Position numbers and translations under genes: made by a program. The notes below the pieces were generated by a model, which saw nothing but the letters and a program-made list of their open reading frames with translations, was not told the origin of the DNA and did not search any database. 49,049 nucleotides of DNA from a virus (taxonomy: Duplodnaviria > Caudoviricetes), in IMG/VR virus record IMGVR_UViG_3300020707_000007, positions 1 through 49,049 of that record; one strand, written 5' to 3'. Position 1 is the first letter of the stretch. Every line of letters begins with the position of its first letter. Positions 28,083-35,646 of the stretch are shown here, in pieces.

Positions 28083-28901
28083 TCAATGTATGTTGGCATT
28101 TTTACTAATCCTTAACTTGTTCATTTCTACTGTTGGTTGATAATTCATCATACTTCTAGCTATGGTAAACACTTCTAACTTACTCATTGGCGGTTCACAC
28201 CGTTGTACATTTTCCTCTTGCAAACAGGCTTGAATTGCTTTAAACGAAACTCCCCTACTTCTTAATGCCCCACCTATACTACACAGATACGAACTTCGCA
28301 ATCCTTCCATGATTTTTTCGGAGGCGAATTCAAGCTCTTTATTTTTGTTAAGTAATTGTAATACCCAAGCTGGAGCTTTGACAATCGGACACTCTGAAGG
28401 GTCGCTGCTTGCTTCCCATTCATAAGTTCCCATAAGTCCTTTTGAAGGTGCGGCAACGATGTATCCACCATCACCACGAGTATCAATACCCCTGCCCAAC
28501 TTACCAGCAGTAGTCCTAAACCCTTGCTCATACTGAAAAATGATGTGACGACCTGAAGACTGCGTAATTGCTTCAACTGTGTCAGGAATCTTGCCGTATT
28601 TATTTGTAAGCTCATCTAATGAATCTCCCCCTCCGTGTTTTGGGTCAATGTCAATGACACCGATACCCGAAATTGCCCCTGTTGCAATACCAATGTTGGC
28701 TTTTGGCCAGTGTTTAAACCATGTGTTAATTGTATCTAAATCTGTACTAGCAGCTTTTAATCCATTCATTGTCTGTGGATGTTTTCCTGCGCTAGTGCAT
28801 CCTACCTTACCACAAGTACATTTACCATCAATGACAGAATGTAAAGGTAATACGTGCCATCCTCGTTCTGCATACTCTACTGCGTGGTCTACTGCTTTCA
28901 T
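28083..28901 (-). CDS. Bifunctional primase-polymerase (Prim-Pol) with PriCT-like C-terminus
   Basis: GKHP, NIGIATG, IDID, GRHIIF, DTRGDGGYIVAAPS. Confidence 0.9.
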   Translation of the reverse strand: MKAVDHAVEYAERGWHVLPLHSVIDGKCTCGKVGCTSAGKHPQTMNGLKAASTDLDTINTWFKHWPKANIGIATGAISGIGVIDIDPKHGGGDSLDELTNKYGKIPDTVEAITQSSGRHIIFQYEQGFRTTAGKLGRGIDTRGDGGYIVAAPSKGLMGTYEWEASSDPSECPIVKAPAWVLQLLNKNKELEFASEKIMEGLRSSYLCSIGGALRSRGVSFKAIQACLQEENVQRCEPPMSKLEVFTIARSMMNYQPTVEMNKLRISKNANIH

Positions 28902-28936
28902 GCGTTCATGCCTTCATGCGTTAATGCGTTCATGCC
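28897..28936. repeat. Tandem 8-bp repeat x5 (TTCATGCG consensus)
   Basis: ttcatgcg ttcatgcc ttcatgcg ttaatgcg ttcatgcc, spanning helicase stop and primase start. Confidence 0.85.
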
Positions 28937-30378
28937 CGTTTAGCTCCGTGTCTAAATGCAATCATGCGTGATTTAATATAGTTAAGTGTGTCTAGTGAGG
29001 GTATACGTGGAACGTCATTGAGTCCCTTAGGCCATACTCCACATTTATTACGATACATCTGCGCTGCAAAGCCTCTTTTATACCCTTTTTCTACTTCAAC
29101 ATAGAGAAGCTCGGAATAGAGGTTTTGCTTGTCTTCCATTGTGACTTTCTTCCTGGTAACCTCCAGTAAGTCCCCCTCCTGGACATCAATACCCGCATCT
29201 TTCTTTTTCGGAACAAATCCGCAACATGGACACGAATACTCGTGCTTTTTCCTGACAAAAGCGCATGACGGGCAGATGCGCCCTTTCTCTTCCTGTACCT
29301 TCGTAGTTCTTTCCACCTTCTTTTTAGTCCCATCATCTAATTCCTGTGGTAGTTCATCGGTTACAAAACCATGTGCTTGGGTGTTTCCTGCATGGTCTAA
29401 AATGATTGCATCTTCTTTACTAGAGTGTGTACGTAACACACGCCCTGCTTGTTGTATATACAGCATGAGGGACTTGGTTGGTCGTGCCATAATAAGGCAT
29501 GAAGTCTCAGGATAATCAAAACCCTTGTCTAGAATGCCTACGTTAAATAATACTTTGATATATCCCTCTTTAAAACTTTTGACCGTCTCTTCACGTTCTT
29601 TCTTTGGCATATATGCGTCAATATGGGCTGCACGGATACCACGGTCTTTAAATTGCTCGCATAATGCTTGACTATGCAAGACATTGACAGCGAAGCCAAT
29701 TGTTGGGCGGTTCTCTCCTCGCTTTATCCAAGTATCTACAATGTCTGCGACGAGTTTTGGTTTATTGACACGGGCGAAAAGCTCTTTTTCGTCATAATCG
29801 CCCCCTATCATCCTGATTTTGGTAAGGTCTGGCTTACTTGGAGCAAAGACTTTAACGGGGACGAGGTAACCTTCGTCTGTCAGTTTGGATGTAGTGGCAC
29901 CTATCACTAGGTTGCTATACATTTTTCCCAGTCCTTTGGTAAAAGGAGTTGCTGACAGGCCAATAAATACGGTATTTGGCATGGCTTCCATCATCTTACG
30001 GTGGACGTTATAGGCTACGTGGCACTCGTCAATAATGACTAAATCTGCAGGAGGAGTAGCTCTACGAGTCAGTGTTTGAGGACTACATACTTGATTAATA
30101 GAATGAGGCTTATAACGAGGGTTATCCGCCATAATAATTCCGTGGTCAATACCTTCATAATCTAGCCTTTTACTGGTTTGTTCAACAAGTTCAATGCGGT
30201 CAGCAAGGAATAAACACTTCTTACCTTTTTCATTTGCTTTCCTAATCATTTCAGATGCAATTGTAGTTTTGCCACCACCTGTCGCAAGTTGTAGAACTAT
30301 GCGCTTGTGTCCACGGAGAATAGCTTTTCTAAGGTCGTTGATGGAATCGACCTGGTACTGCCTTAAATTGTTCTTCAT
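28930..30378 (-). CDS. SF2 DExH helicase (RadD/YejH-like) with Zn finger
   Basis: ATGGGKT, DECH, SAT, QQAGRVLR, CPSC...CPCC. Confidence 0.92.
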   Translation of the reverse strand: MKNNLRQYQVDSINDLRKAILRGHKRIVLQLATGGGKTTIASEMIRKANEKGKKCLFLADRIELVEQTSKRLDYEGIDHGIIMADNPRYKPHSINQVCSPQTLTRRATPPADLVIIDECHVAYNVHRKMMEAMPNTVFIGLSATPFTKGLGKMYSNLVIGATTSKLTDEGYLVPVKVFAPSKPDLTKIRMIGGDYDEKELFARVNKPKLVADIVDTWIKRGENRPTIGFAVNVLHSQALCEQFKDRGIRAAHIDAYMPKKEREETVKSFKEGYIKVLFNVGILDKGFDYPETSCLIMARPTKSLMLYIQQAGRVLRTHSSKEDAIILDHAGNTQAHGFVTDELPQELDDGTKKKVERTTKVQEEKGRICPSCAFVRKKHEYSCPCCGFVPKKKDAGIDVQEGDLLEVTRKKVTMEDKQNLYSELLYVEVEKGYKRGFAAQMYRNKCGVWPKGLNDVPRIPSLDTLNYIKSRMIAFRHGAKRA

Positions 30379-30414
30379 AAACTCTATTATCTCACTACTA
30401 AAAAAGAGTACTAG

Positions 30415-30760
30415 TAGGGACTTTCCCTATGTAAGAAAAAGTTTCCCGAACGGGAAGAATTGATAAAAAAGTGTGCAAAAGTAGAAAAATATTCCCGAAC
30501 GGGGCATTTTGTAGAATTTAGTAAATGACTCATTAATAAGGCTTTAAGTTATTTAAGGACTCTTTAATAAGTCTTTAACTTTACAATTCTGTCTCCATAA
30601 CTTTACAATCCGTCGGAATAACTTTACAAATACCGACAATATGTATATTTTTTGCTGATTTTTATACATATAAATATCCATGTATATACAAAATATATAC
30701 CTTTAGGTATCAAATAAGAATCATTCTCATGTAAATTTCATGCAAAAAATGGTCTTTTTG
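30415..30760. promoter_or_regulatory. Dense array of palindromes and direct repeats (operators and/or origin)
   Basis: See findings; includes Fur-box-like TAAGAATCATTCTCA at 30715-30729. Confidence 0.6.
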
Positions 30761-30784
30761 ATTATTTAATACTAAGGTAAGTTC

Positions 30785-30995
30785 CCGTTGACTTTGGTGA
30801 AGATGAACTCAGCCTACCCCATTACTGAGGTGGCCTTCATCTAATTTGACTTATGGAGCCAGATAGAACCCGTCAGTCTTGCGAGGAATCGGCACTAACT
30901 TCGCCACCGATATTGCGTTGTTACATCCTCTTACCCTGCTAGTAACGCTTGTATCTAGGTTGCTACGATGTCGTTAGAGCCGCCAACCTAAACCG
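30785..30995 (-). ncRNA. Candidate multi-stem structured RNA
   Basis: At least four hairpins in an ORF-free, GC-richer island. Confidence 0.5.
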
Positions 30996-30998
30996 CAG

Positions 30999-31124
30999 AA
31001 AACAAAACCCCTTGGGGTTACATTAAGGTGACTTGTTTAATAAATGGCTCTAATTCATTTACTAAACACTCAATGCAACCCGAAGGGGTCTGGTTTAGAG
31101 CAATTGTACTAAGCAGAAGTCACC
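30999..31124 (-). ncRNA. C4/CI-like antisense RNA with upstream target boxes
   Basis: Stem 31008-24/31072-88 then U-tract; inner stem; loop and bulge complementary to 31095-101 and 31117-124. Confidence 0.65.
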
Positions 31125-31154
31125 CTGCCAATACAGAATACCACACTTTTTAAA

Positions 31155-31367
31155 TTATTCCAACTGGGTGAAGAAAGATTTATACGGAACCCCATACTTC
31201 TTGTGTAAAAGAATCTTATATTCATCTGGAATGGCCTTTACCTTGTTCCAATGAAATATTCGTTGTTGGCTAACTCCCAAGGCTTTTGCCGAAGCATTTA
31301 ACGAACCGTGTTTTTTTACAACATAAATAAGTGGTAAATAAAACCTATCTGTAGTACCCGTTTCCAC
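31155..31367 (-). CDS. Cro/YdaS-like HTH regulator
   Basis: GSLNASAKALGVSQQRIFHW...IP; GTG start with AGGAG RBS. Confidence 0.75.
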   Translation of the reverse strand: METGTTDRFYLPLIYVVKKHGSLNASAKALGVSQQRIFHWNKVKAIPDEYKILLHKKYGVPYKSFFTQLE

Positions 31368-31412
31368 ATTTTCTCCTATATCTAGTATTAGGGAATATAC
31401 CACAAAATATAT

Positions 31413-31442
31413 TTGCACAAGTAATATTTGTAGTGATATAGT
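31413..31442 (+). promoter_or_regulatory. Sigma70 promoter of rightward operon
   Basis: TTGCAC-N18-TATAGT with extended TGn. Confidence 0.6.
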
Positions 31443-31473
31443 TTAATCTCACTAACACAAAGGGAGAAGTGAC

Positions 31474-31767
31474 ATGGGATATGACAGTTGGTTGCAAAGC
31501 GGTGCTTATGACAATGAAGATGAAGAAATCTACATTGAGAACAGAGTTCCTGAGTTGATGGAAGAAGAGGACTATGACCCTTCAGATGTATCACACATGG
31601 CAGAGGCTATCTCTGAGGCTTCAGAAGATGACCAAGCTACCATCCGTGACTACATTGAACAAAAGGATTGGGCTAAGTTGGGATTGAAGTTGTACGTAAT
31701 GTCGTACGACTACATGGAGAAGTTTGCTGAATCTGCAGCACAACGTGAAGTGGAGCAAGGACTATGA
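31474..31767 (+). CDS. Highly acidic hypothetical protein
   Basis: YDSWL motif, Asp/Glu-rich; AAGGGAG RBS. Confidence 0.7.
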   Translation: MGYDSWLQSGAYDNEDEEIYIENRVPELMEEEDYDPSDVSHMAEAISEASEDDQATIRDYIEQKDWAKLGLKLYVMSYDYMEKFAESAAQREVEQGL

Positions 31768-31837
31768 GAATACCGCCTGTAATGCCCGTTATTCCGCTTG
31801 TGCCAACTCACAACAAACAACCACCAAAGGATAGAAA

Positions 31838-31981
31838 ATGAAACAACTATTATTATTAAGCATTACTTTAGTCGGATTGACTATGTGCCACTATGCACCT
31901 GCTCAAACCACTCAAATCATTACGCCAGACGGTAAAATGGTTACTTGCATTCAAAACGGACAGCTAATTACCTGCTTTTAA
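31838..31981 (+). CDS. Small secreted peptide, 47 aa
   Basis: Signal-like MKQLLLLSITLVG..APA then TPDGK..TC...TCF. Confidence 0.6.
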   Translation: MKQLLLLSITLVGLTMCHYAPAQTTQIITPDGKMVTCIQNGQLITCF

Positions 31982-31982
31982 T

Positions 31983-32183
31983 ATGACAACCTTTACATTT
32001 GAAGACTACACACCATTTGAACCACCTAGAAAGGCATTAACAGATGAAGAAATCGACGTTATCGGATTTAATCTTAACTATCCGTTCTCTATTCGAAAAA
32101 TTGCTAGGGCCATCGAAGTCGCCCACGGAATTGTCCAGGAGAGCAGTATCCAAACCAAGGAGAGCACCAGTGAAAACAGTTAA
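31983..32183 (+). CDS. Hypothetical protein
   Basis: LTDEEI...ARAIE.AHGI motif. Confidence 0.6.
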   Translation: MTTFTFEDYTPFEPPRKALTDEEIDVIGFNLNYPFSIRKIARAIEVAHGIVQESSIQTKESTSENS

Positions 32184-32403
32184 AGTACCTGCAGTAAAAA
32201 AGACTAGCGGTAAAGTAGTCAAGGCTAAATCTAAACAACAGTCACATGATGATTTAAAGACTGAGGGTCAACGTGGATTTATTCTGTCAGACGGAACATT
32301 TGCAGGGCGTGAAGAGGCTGCAACAGTAGCCAAGAAGGCCAAGCAAGTTCCTAAGACTGTAAAGAAATTACACTTTGAAGACTTGCGGAAGAAAAAGAAA
32401 TGA
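32170..32403 (+). CDS. Basic hypothetical protein
   Basis: GTG start with AAGGAG RBS; GF..SDG.F..REEA...L..EDL motif. Confidence 0.6.
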   Translation: MKTVKVPAVKKTSGKVVKAKSKQQSHDDLKTEGQRGFILSDGTFAGREEAATVAKKAKQVPKTVKKLHFEDLRKKKK

Positions 32404-32498
32404 AATTTAACAATGTTGAAGGACTGCTTATTGTAATCCTCTGCATTACATCAGTTGTGGACACAGTGGTTAATATCTTAACTTACATTAAAGGGTGA
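32400..32498 (+). CDS. Small membrane peptide, 32 aa
   Basis: ATGA coupling; hydrophobic core. Confidence 0.45.
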   Translation: MKFNNVEGLLIVILCITSVVDTVVNILTYIKG

Positions 32499-32499
32499 T

Positions 32500-32718
32500 A
32501 TGGGTGAGGTTATAGACTTTCCAGACGGCACAGTAGGAGATGTACCAGTAGATGGTGTTCTTGATGGTGCCAAGCTATTGCAGATGGTTTGCATCATGGG
32601 TTACGACAAAGATGGTAATGAATACTTTGCTAGTAGCTCTGGGGACATTAAAGAGATTAATTGGTTGTTAGATAGGTATAAAAACTTTTTACAGGGGATT
32701 GCAGATGACGGGGAATAA
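32500..32718 (+). CDS. Hypothetical protein
   Basis: GYDKDG.EYFASS...WLLDR pattern. Confidence 0.6.
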   Translation: MGEVIDFPDGTVGDVPVDGVLDGAKLLQMVCIMGYDKDGNEYFASSSGDIKEINWLLDRYKNFLQGIADDGE

Positions 32719-33211
32719 ATGGGACGCTTTACAAGAGTTCAAAAATTGGTGGATGAATAATGGTTGCCCCATAGTTCCTCCATTTGAAAGTCCTATTCAC
32801 TGTACTGATATTGCCTATGCCTTGTGTATATACAGGTCAGGAAGATTCCAAGTAGAGCTATATGTTGTCAAGCCCAATACAGAGACTACAAAGCATAGTC
32901 ACCCTAATATTGAGTCTATCTCTATGTACCTTACTGGCAATATGTCATTTGCTAAAGAAAATGGTGATTACCTTGATTTAAGTGCATTACAGAAAGAAGC
33001 AGAGAATGGTACTCATGTTCTTTTAGGCACCGTTGCAGAATCAAACGATGGTCAAGTTCATTCACTTAAAGTAGGCCCTGAAGGTGGTGCTTTCTTAATA
33101 TTTGAATTTTGGAAAGATAGAGACCCTGTATCAGTAACTGTACATTGGGAAGGTGATTTGGTGGGAGACCAACACGCACAAACGAAAGGTAGTTATGTGG
33201 TCAACAGTTGA
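32705..33211 (+). CDS. Cupin-like protein, paralog 1
   Basis: HSHPNIES...H metal motif. Confidence 0.6.
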   Translation: MTGNKWDALQEFKNWWMNNGCPIVPPFESPIHCTDIAYALCIYRSGRFQVELYVVKPNTETTKHSHPNIESISMYLTGNMSFAKENGDYLDLSALQKEAENGTHVLLGTVAESNDGQVHSLKVGPEGGAFLIFEFWKDRDPVSVTVHWEGDLVGDQHAQTKGSYVVNS

Positions 33212-33836
33212 GGAGTTTAGAGATTGGTACATGGGTAATGGTATGCCAATCAGACCACCATTTAAAAATCCAGTATTTGTTACTGACAATGCAATGTCAT
33301 TGTGTTTGTTTCGTGAGGGAAGGTTTCAGGTTGAGTTGTATCTAAATGAACCATTTGCCACCTCTCCTCCACATACTCACCCAGGTGTCGAGTCTGCATT
33401 TGTCTATCTAGCAGGAAATATTCAATTTAATCTTGAAGGTAGGGATAACCCTGACGCACAACAATGGCAAAAACCATCACCTGAAGGCTATCATATGTTG
33501 TTTGGCAAAACTGTTAGCTCTCCAGATGGAATTCCACATTGGTTAAAGATTGGGCCTGAAGGGGGAGCATTCCTATCTTTTGAATATTGGAAAGACCAAG
33601 ACCCAGTATCGGTTACGGTAAACTGGAATGGGGATTCAGTAGGAAAAGAGCACGATAAGATTTTAAACAAGGGGGATAAAGTGAGCAAGATACAAGATGC
33701 CTATGAAGATTGGGCGGAAGAGTGGAAACCAGTAAACAAAATGCAACACCATCCAAGCAGCTATGAAGGATTTGAAGCTGGATGGATGGCTGCTATTGAG
33801 GTGATGTTAGAACGCCTAGAACTGGCTAAAACATGA
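33195..33836 (+). CDS. Cupin-like protein, paralog 2, with C-terminal extension
   Basis: HTHPGVES...H; shares GRFQVELY, GPEGGAFL, DPVSVTV.W with paralog 1. Confidence 0.6.
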   Translation: MWSTVEEFRDWYMGNGMPIRPPFKNPVFVTDNAMSLCLFREGRFQVELYLNEPFATSPPHTHPGVESAFVYLAGNIQFNLEGRDNPDAQQWQKPSPEGYHMLFGKTVSSPDGIPHWLKIGPEGGAFLSFEYWKDQDPVSVTVNWNGDSVGKEHDKILNKGDKVSKIQDAYEDWAEEWKPVNKMQHHPSSYEGFEAGWMAAIEVMLERLELAKT

Positions 33837-34018
33837 ATTTAAAAGATATGCAAACTGACCTAGAAATGGTTGCTGTTCAAGAGTTTAGATTTGACTACCA
33901 TCCGTTTTATTCTTATCCAGTAATTTATACAAAGCATGGTTGGAAAAACGCAAAAACTGGTGAAATAACTTGGGAAAAAGTTAATATCGAACCATTGGGA
34001 AGGGCGCAAAACAAATGA
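33833..34018 (+). CDS. Hypothetical protein
   Basis: ATGA coupling. Confidence 0.5.
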   Translation: MNLKDMQTDLEMVAVQEFRFDYHPFYSYPVIYTKHGWKNAKTGEITWEKVNIEPLGRAQNK

Positions 34019-34188
34019 TTGAAACTCTAGTCAAGCCTGTCCCATTAGATAACGATATTGCCGTAATGAAGATATTGCATTTGATGGGGCAGTTAAGCCC
34101 TAAGGACATTAAACACGTTTTGACTATTGGTATGAGTGTATACAAGGTGGTAAGCAAGGAGGAGCCTGTTGATTCCAGCTATGCGTAA
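34015..34188 (+). CDS. Hypothetical protein, 57 aa (MIETLVKPVPLDNDIAVMK...)
   Basis: Hand-translated; ATGA coupling. Confidence 0.5.
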   Translation: MIETLVKPVPLDNDIAVMKILHLMGQLSPKDIKHVLTIGMSVYKVVSKEEPVDSSYA

Positions 34189-34540
34189 CGCACAGGCTAC
34201 CCATGTAGACTTTGGATTCTTACGAGGGTTTATACCTAGTAACCCTAAATTCATGCCATCTAACATTGATATGGTTCTAGAGCGTAGAGGCGTATTTTTG
34301 TTTGGGGAGTGGAAGCGTGAAGATGAAGAAATTAGCCAAGGACAAAAGATATTACTGACCAATCTAGCTTGGCACCATACGGTTATAATTATTACGGGAT
34401 ACGTAGACGACAAGCCTCACATTGGGTTAATTCAAAAGATGACCCCAACTGGTAAGTTAACTGTAGTGGGACAAGGTGAAGAGGACTTAATTAACTTTTT
34501 ACGTGGCTGGTATGTAGAAGTAGAACGAGGTATTTTGTAA
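34169..34540 (+). CDS. Small PD-(D/E)XK-like nuclease
   Basis: SNID...GEWK...SQGQ..LL. Confidence 0.55.
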   Translation: MIPAMRNAQATHVDFGFLRGFIPSNPKFMPSNIDMVLERRGVFLFGEWKREDEEISQGQKILLTNLAWHHTVIIITGYVDDKPHIGLIQKMTPTGKLTVVGQGEEDLINFLRGWYVEVERGIL

Positions 34541-34554
34541 ATTTAGGAGAAGTG

Positions 34555-34722
34555 ATGATTGATTATTCTGAAATGAAAATGAACATTCAGAAATTAAACG
34601 AGCAAATTTATAGTTATATGAATGCTCGTAATGTAGTAGCAGCACAAGAAGTAGCAGAGAAGTTAGAAATGTCAGCAAGTATGTTAAAAAAATACATTGA
34701 CTGGATTGCAACACACAAGTAA
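34555..34722 (+). CDS. Hypothetical protein, 55 aa (MIDYSEMK...)
   Basis: Hand-translated; AGGAG RBS. Confidence 0.55.
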   Translation: MIDYSEMKMNIQKLNEQIYSYMNARNVVAAQEVAEKLEMSASMLKKYIDWIATHK

Positions 34723-34725
34723 AAT
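34697..34725 (+). promoter_or_regulatory. Sigma70 promoter for recombination genes
   Basis: TTGACT-N17-TAAAAT. Confidence 0.6.
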
Positions 34726-34744
34726 TTGTAAGGGAGGTGGGAAA

Positions 34745-34933
34745 ATGTCACAACAAGAACACTATGAAACAGTCATGCGTGAGCAAGAGCAGTTAGAGGC
34801 TCGCTTACAGGACTATAAATTTCACAAAGATAAGTTGGAATGGGAATTAATGTCAGTAACAAATGACATAGAAAAGATTGAAACTTTAATAGCGCAATTA
34901 GAAAAGGAGTTAGGTAATGTCTCTCACAGTTAA
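34745..34933 (+). CDS. Small coiled-coil protein
   Basis: GGAGG RBS; heptad pattern. Confidence 0.55.
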   Translation: MSQQEHYETVMREQEQLEARLQDYKFHKDKLEWELMSVTNDIEKIETLIAQLEKELGNVSHS

Positions 34934-35525
34934 TGCAGGTAACGGTGGTGGTGGTGATTTTGAACAGTGTCCAGCAGGTTCATTTGCTGCACGATGCTAC
35001 CAAATTATTGATTTAGGTCATCAAACCTTTGAATGGAAAGGTGAGGCCAAAGTAGCACCTAAAGTTCGCATCACTTGGGAACTCAATGAGATGATGCAAG
35101 ATGGTCGTCCATTTTCAATCTCACGTGAGTACACAGCATCCATTGGTGATAAGGCTAACCTACGTAAGGATTTAGAAGCCTGGCGTGGTCGTCCATTTAC
35201 AGCAACCGAATTACAGAACTTTAGTCTTGAGAATGTATTGGGTGCTCCATGTTTGTTAGGTGTGGTACATAAGCCATCTAAGGACGGTTCTAAAGTTTAT
35301 GCCAACGTAGGCTCAATCATGGCTTTACCAAAAGGTATGGCTTGCCCTGAGTTGGTTAACCCTGCTGTCAAGTTTGACATCGGCACCTTTGACCAAAAGG
35401 TATTTGACGGATTGTCTAGCTATGTTCAAAAGAAGATTCTGATGAGCAAAGAACTAGAAGAGAATGGGATTCCACAGACTCGTCAAGATGAGCCTGTAAT
35501 TGAATCGGAAGAAGTACCGTTTTAA
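34917..35525 (+). CDS. Phage ssDNA-binding/replication protein
   Basis: PAG...ARC..IIDLG, KANLRKDLEAWRG; acidic EEVPF tail. Confidence 0.7.
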   Translation: MSLTVNAGNGGGGDFEQCPAGSFAARCYQIIDLGHQTFEWKGEAKVAPKVRITWELNEMMQDGRPFSISREYTASIGDKANLRKDLEAWRGRPFTATELQNFSLENVLGAPCLLGVVHKPSKDGSKVYANVGSIMALPKGMACPELVNPAVKFDIGTFDQKVFDGLSSYVQKKILMSKELEENGIPQTRQDEPVIESEEVPF

Positions 35526-35646
35526 TATCTGGGCGGAATCGGGGATTCTCGAAAGTAGCCCTTGTTCGGACAGTGCAGTAGTAATAAAGAACACGGAGAG
35601 GCTACCCCCGTCTGCATAGGTAGCCACTAATTTAGGGGATTTAGGG

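Noticed and set aside
27908-28099. 63-aa ORF between primase and 27796..27993
   Set aside because: Plausibly real but overlaps the next ORF by 86 nt and has no motif; not enough support to list
30415-30760. Repeats as a mini CRISPR array
   Set aside because: Repeat units are short, heterogeneous and not regularly interspaced with unique spacers
30785-31124. tRNA, hammerhead or group I intron interpretation of the structured region
   Set aside because: No T-loop GTTCRA/CCA cloverleaf, no CUGANGA plus GAAA core, and no interrupted gene flanks
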